This document shows, in pieces, positions 18,274 through 22,115 of a DNA stretch of 22,115 nucleotides. This DNA is from Macrostomum lignano (lineage: Eukaryota): the NCBI GenBank assembly GCA_002269645.1, contig NIVC01001841.1, forward strand, positions 1 through 22,115, written 5' to 3'. Position 1 is the stretch's first letter; each line of letters opens with the position of its first letter. The position numbers and the translations under genes are program-made. The notes under the pieces were generated by a model. The model saw only the letters and a list, made by a program, of their open reading frames with translations. It searched no databases and had not been told where the DNA came from.

Positions 18274-20559
18274 CTGCGTTAAAGAGGGGGAAAAGTGGCT
18301 ATATTTAATTCATCAAAGCATCAAGACCTATGAGCTTCACGAGTTTGATAACATCATTTGTTCATTGCGCACCCTGGCGCACTTCAAGCGACATTCCGCC
18401 GACTCCCCCACGTACGCAGTCATATGCACAGGCACTCACAAGGGGGTGTACAGCGGTCCTAACTTTATTCATCAATAGGCATGTACACTTCACTGCGCCT
18501 TGGGGGTTGGCCTTTAAAGGCGTTAATAAAGAAACTACATTTCTTTGTCAGTTCAAAATGTAAGTAAATTTGGCTTACATAGAAGTATGGCTTAAATGAG
18601 TTCACACAAAAACTCTCAAATCTTTGCACCAGCCCAATCAGTTTTGATGAAAGCTTACTTCAATGCAGTTGCAAAGTCACAGTGATATCACATTTGGTTT
18701 CACAACATTAACTTATTTCTTTACAAAATCACAAGCATTTTTATTTGTGAAATGCAAAATGATGTAGTCCAATCTATATGATAATATGAAAATAATTTTT
18801 TATTGCTGCACTGCACTTTGCACTTCCAACCCAAAATATTTTTTAACATATTAAAAAAATTGTATAAGCTTTTTATTTATACTAGCTCATTATAAAATGA
18901 CAGACAAATTAAGCTTTATACATGTAAGCTTGTAAGGTAAAGCAAGTATCAAATACCTAAAACTTTGTATACGTACACAAATTTGACAAAATTGTACTGG
19001 CATATACTTTTATTCTTTAATCTACAATATCAATTTTAATTTTAATGATCCTATCTACATTTAACTCTTAGACTAAAAGTTGAATAGAATGAAAATTTTT
19101 AGCAGTTATACAAGATAACTTTATAAACTAATCTTTAAGATATATTTTTTACTCATGATGTGTTATTTTATAAAAATATTTATGATAAATTGTAATAGTT
19201 TAAAAAAATAAACTGTTTATACATTCCATGTACAAAAATGTTTTAAAAATCAATTTTATAATTTGGATCATCAAAATGCTGAGGCAATAAAACAGTTTAG
19301 GCATTAATCATTTAATTTCTTTGAGGCATGAGGCATTAAATGAGAAAGGCTCATTTTTAGCATTTTTCTAGATTTACTGGGTTTTAATTTTTAGTCATAT
19401 TTGGTCTAAGCCATATGATAGCACTCAGACTATGGCATTTTTATTCTTTGATTTTTATCTGAGTTTTTTTATGCAAATAATTTTGGCTGATCAGCTTTTA
19501 CTAGTAAGTTTAAAATGTACATAGCCGGGTGGATTCCACATGATGACTTACCCACCCCTTACTCCTTGGTCAGGCACCCCATTCTGCTATATAAATTTTA
19601 ATGTCAGTTTAATATCTATAAAAATGGACTAGCCAAAGTTATATACATGGTTTTTTGGACTTCTTGAACTTTAGGTCTATAAAATACTTCCAATTTGCCA
19701 TTTTCTCCTAAAATTTAGACAGTCTTCAAAAGTGGCCAAAAATTACCTTCAAGGGTAAATGCAAGCTTGATTTTTTTATCACCTATGTTATTAGTGATAA
19801 TTTGATACCAACTGTTTCAGAGAAGAATGTTTGAAAATTTACCTTTCTTAGAATCTTAACTTCTTAACAATATATTTTCCAAAATTTGATAAACTTTTGA
19901 TGAAGCCACATCTAGAGGATTTGAATGTTAAATCTAATAAACAGTGTCTATATTAATTTTTATTTATTCATTTTGTTATAGTGCAACAACACTGCAATAT
20001 CAGTTTAGTGTTTTTAAAAATGCTGATTTATGGTTTGCTATCCATACTTTACCTCCTACTTTTGATTTGCTGTCATTCTTTCATTGTTGTAACTACTGTT
20101 GTATATTGAATGTGTAGGTTTTATGCAAGTGAGAATTGAGAATAAGAATTGTAGAGTCTTGGCTGACTCTGCTGCTTTATATTTATATTGCTAAATGAGC
20201 ATGCACGTAGAGTATATACACTTGGCAAATTGGCTTGAATTAAAAGTTACCCAATGCTCTGAGTTGATTGGGAGTTGAATACAAAATTGAATATACTAAA
20301 ACATAAATACAATGACTAAAGTACTCAATACCCCATACCCATACTTAGTACTCATGTCACAACAACTATCAGCCATACATTCTTTACTTGTTTACCTATA
20401 CTAATTTCTACTAATCTGCATTGTCTCTGACTATTCTAAAGATAACTACGACTGCTGATATTAATTATTTTTAAAGGAGTATAATTTTTTCTTCATGGAA
20501 ATGTTTGATAACTTGCTGAATTTTTTATTTAAGCTTTGTTGAAATTTCCTTATAGGACC

Positions 20560-21040
20560 CCCCTCCCCAACTGGTCCCAGAATTTATCTACCTAATTTTG
20601 AATAGACCCCTATGTCTCTATTAAAGTTTAGGTATATAAAAAATTAATCCATATAAAGATTCTCTCCACCCTAAAACCCCTTATTCCCATGGCCATACCC
20701 TAGATATTTCTGGTTGTTAGCCCCTCCCCCCCTAATACCTCTCTTAGTCTTGGAATTTATCTAAGTAATCTTTAACAGATCCCCCATGTCTTTACTAAAG
20801 TTTACATGTAGATTCTTCCTACCCTAAAAGTAAAATCCTAAAAGTAATTCCCTATCTCAGTAGTTGGTGGTTATCAGCCTACCCCCTGCCAATGCCTGTG
20901 GGTCTCCTGAGACATTTCTCCTATAGTCTTGGAATTTCATCTACCTAATCTTCAATAAACCCATGCCTCTATTGAAGTTTAAGTATATAAAATCAATCCC
21001 TTTAGAGATTCTCCCCACTCTAAAAACCCCTATTCCCTAT
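20560..21040. repeat. Degenerate ~175-bp tandem repeat, three copies
   Basis: Core GAATTT(C)ATCTA..TAAT...CCCATGTCT.TA.TAAAGTTTA...AGATTCT.CC.ACCCTAAAA starts at 20580, 20753 and 20932 (periods 173 and 179). The middle copy has an internal deletion. Confidence 0.8.
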
Positions 21041-21278
21041 GCTAAGGAGTCCAGTAAGATTTTTAATTTTTTTAATTTGTCCTCTGCTTAGATACCATGT
21101 GATAGACATTTGTTGTATGAGTAAAATGACACCTTACTTTTGAATTTTGGTCAAGTAGGAGCATAATAAAAGAGTCATAACACTTTTAGTGTCATTTTTT
21201 TTATTTCTGCAATGCAATTTTCCTATAAGGCACTGTGATCATTTTCCTTATCCTTAAAAGGTCTAATTTTCCGAGTTA

Positions 21279-22115
21279 TACGAGGGGTGTCCCAAAAGTT
21301 CCCGGAATGTCTAATGTAGCTCTTCAACGGAGCCATAATATTTCACGCCCTTGGTGTCAAATGAAAGGAAATTTTGTCACGAAGAAAACAAAGTTAAAAT
21401 CATGTTAATATCTGTTTCTATTCAGGAGCTGCAGCAAGAAACGTGCGCAAAGGTCAGGGGTAGTGTTACACAACCTCACATATCAATGAAAATAATTTTT
21501 CATCTCCATTTTTGGATATTTTCATTTTGAATTCGTGCTACTGACGTGTCAGAAAGACGTGGTAGTGTCTATGGAAAAAAAGCAGAAATTCTCATTAAGC
21601 TAATCTGAGCTTTTGCACGAATGCAGATAATCCTTACCAAGCGCTTGCTTTCAACTTGAAATCTCTTTGCGAAAATGAGTTCTCTTCAGAGCCTCGAAAG
21701 TCAGCGAAGTCAAGTTTTTGTCCTTTGGTCAGTAGGATGGAGTGGAGCCAAGATTTCTGACCACTTATTCTCCATCCACGGTGAGAACAGCCTGAAAAAC
21801 TGCCATTTATGGATGGATCGAACGCTTTAGAGACGGTCCATAAAATTCTTCGTAGCCGGGTGTTCCAGAACCGCAGTGAACTTGAAGACTTCACTCGTCG
21901 CGTCATCCTGCATCACGAAATGCCTCGAAATGTTTTTGCCCAGGCCATCGACGGCATGCTTTCAAGGTGGCAGAGGTGTATCCAGCTGAATGGGGACTAC
22001 GTGCAGAAGCCGCAGGTTGAGCTTGACGATTCGCTTTGAATTTTGAATTGGTGCATGTCCCAAGGATTCATCAACGGTATGAACAGTTCTGTTTTATTGT
22101 TTAAAATCATTGCCA
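21279..22115 (+). mobile_element. Mariner-like DNA transposon, internally deleted, truncated by the window end
   Basis: Starts TA-TACGAGGGGTGTCCCAAAAGTT, a mariner-type terminus in TA context, and carries a transposase C-terminal fragment. The right TIR is not inside the window. Confidence 0.7.
21809..22039 (+). pseudogene. C-terminal fragment of a mariner (DD34D-type) transposase
   Basis: KILRSRVFQNRSELEDF...FAQAIDGMLSRWQRCIQLNGDYVQK fits the mariner tail (L.GRRF....E...F..GI..L..RW.KCI...GDYVEK). No catalytic motifs are in frame upstream. Confidence 0.78.

Noticed and set aside
18434-18520. GTGAGT donor at 18439 (and GTAAGT at 19551) as the end of the missing IMPDH exon
   Set aside because: Upstream frames do not encode anything like GLTYN and contain stops or the wrong junction codon.

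Overview
AT-rich genomic DNA from a metazoan (probably an invertebrate; species cannot be fixed from the sequence). The one clearly intact gene is a spliced IMP dehydrogenase (IMPDH) on the minus strand. It has five coding exons from 18273 to 13867, all with GT-AG introns and one continuous frame; its ~30-aa first exon was not found in the window. Two IMPDH introns are filled by minisatellites (23-bp and 24-bp units) and a third holds a tRNA-headed CORE-type SINE. The left end carries a two-exon C2H2 zinc-finger gene next to a 35-bp minisatellite, then a deletion-riddled tandem copy of that locus and ~1.8 kb of 'stuttering' sequence that may be a base-calling or assembly artefact. The middle is a nest of mobile DNA: three related hAT-type MITEs, each with an 8-bp target-site duplication (TSD), a fossil hAT transposase, an orphan hAT-like end and a probable 703-bp solo LTR. 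A mariner-like element runs off the right edge. There is no CRISPR array or rRNA/tRNA gene. I see no proven novel system. The best leads are the MITE/transposase family, an intron repeat built from a duplicated splice junction, and enrichment of TA-flanked palindromes that could be CG-to-TA decay products.
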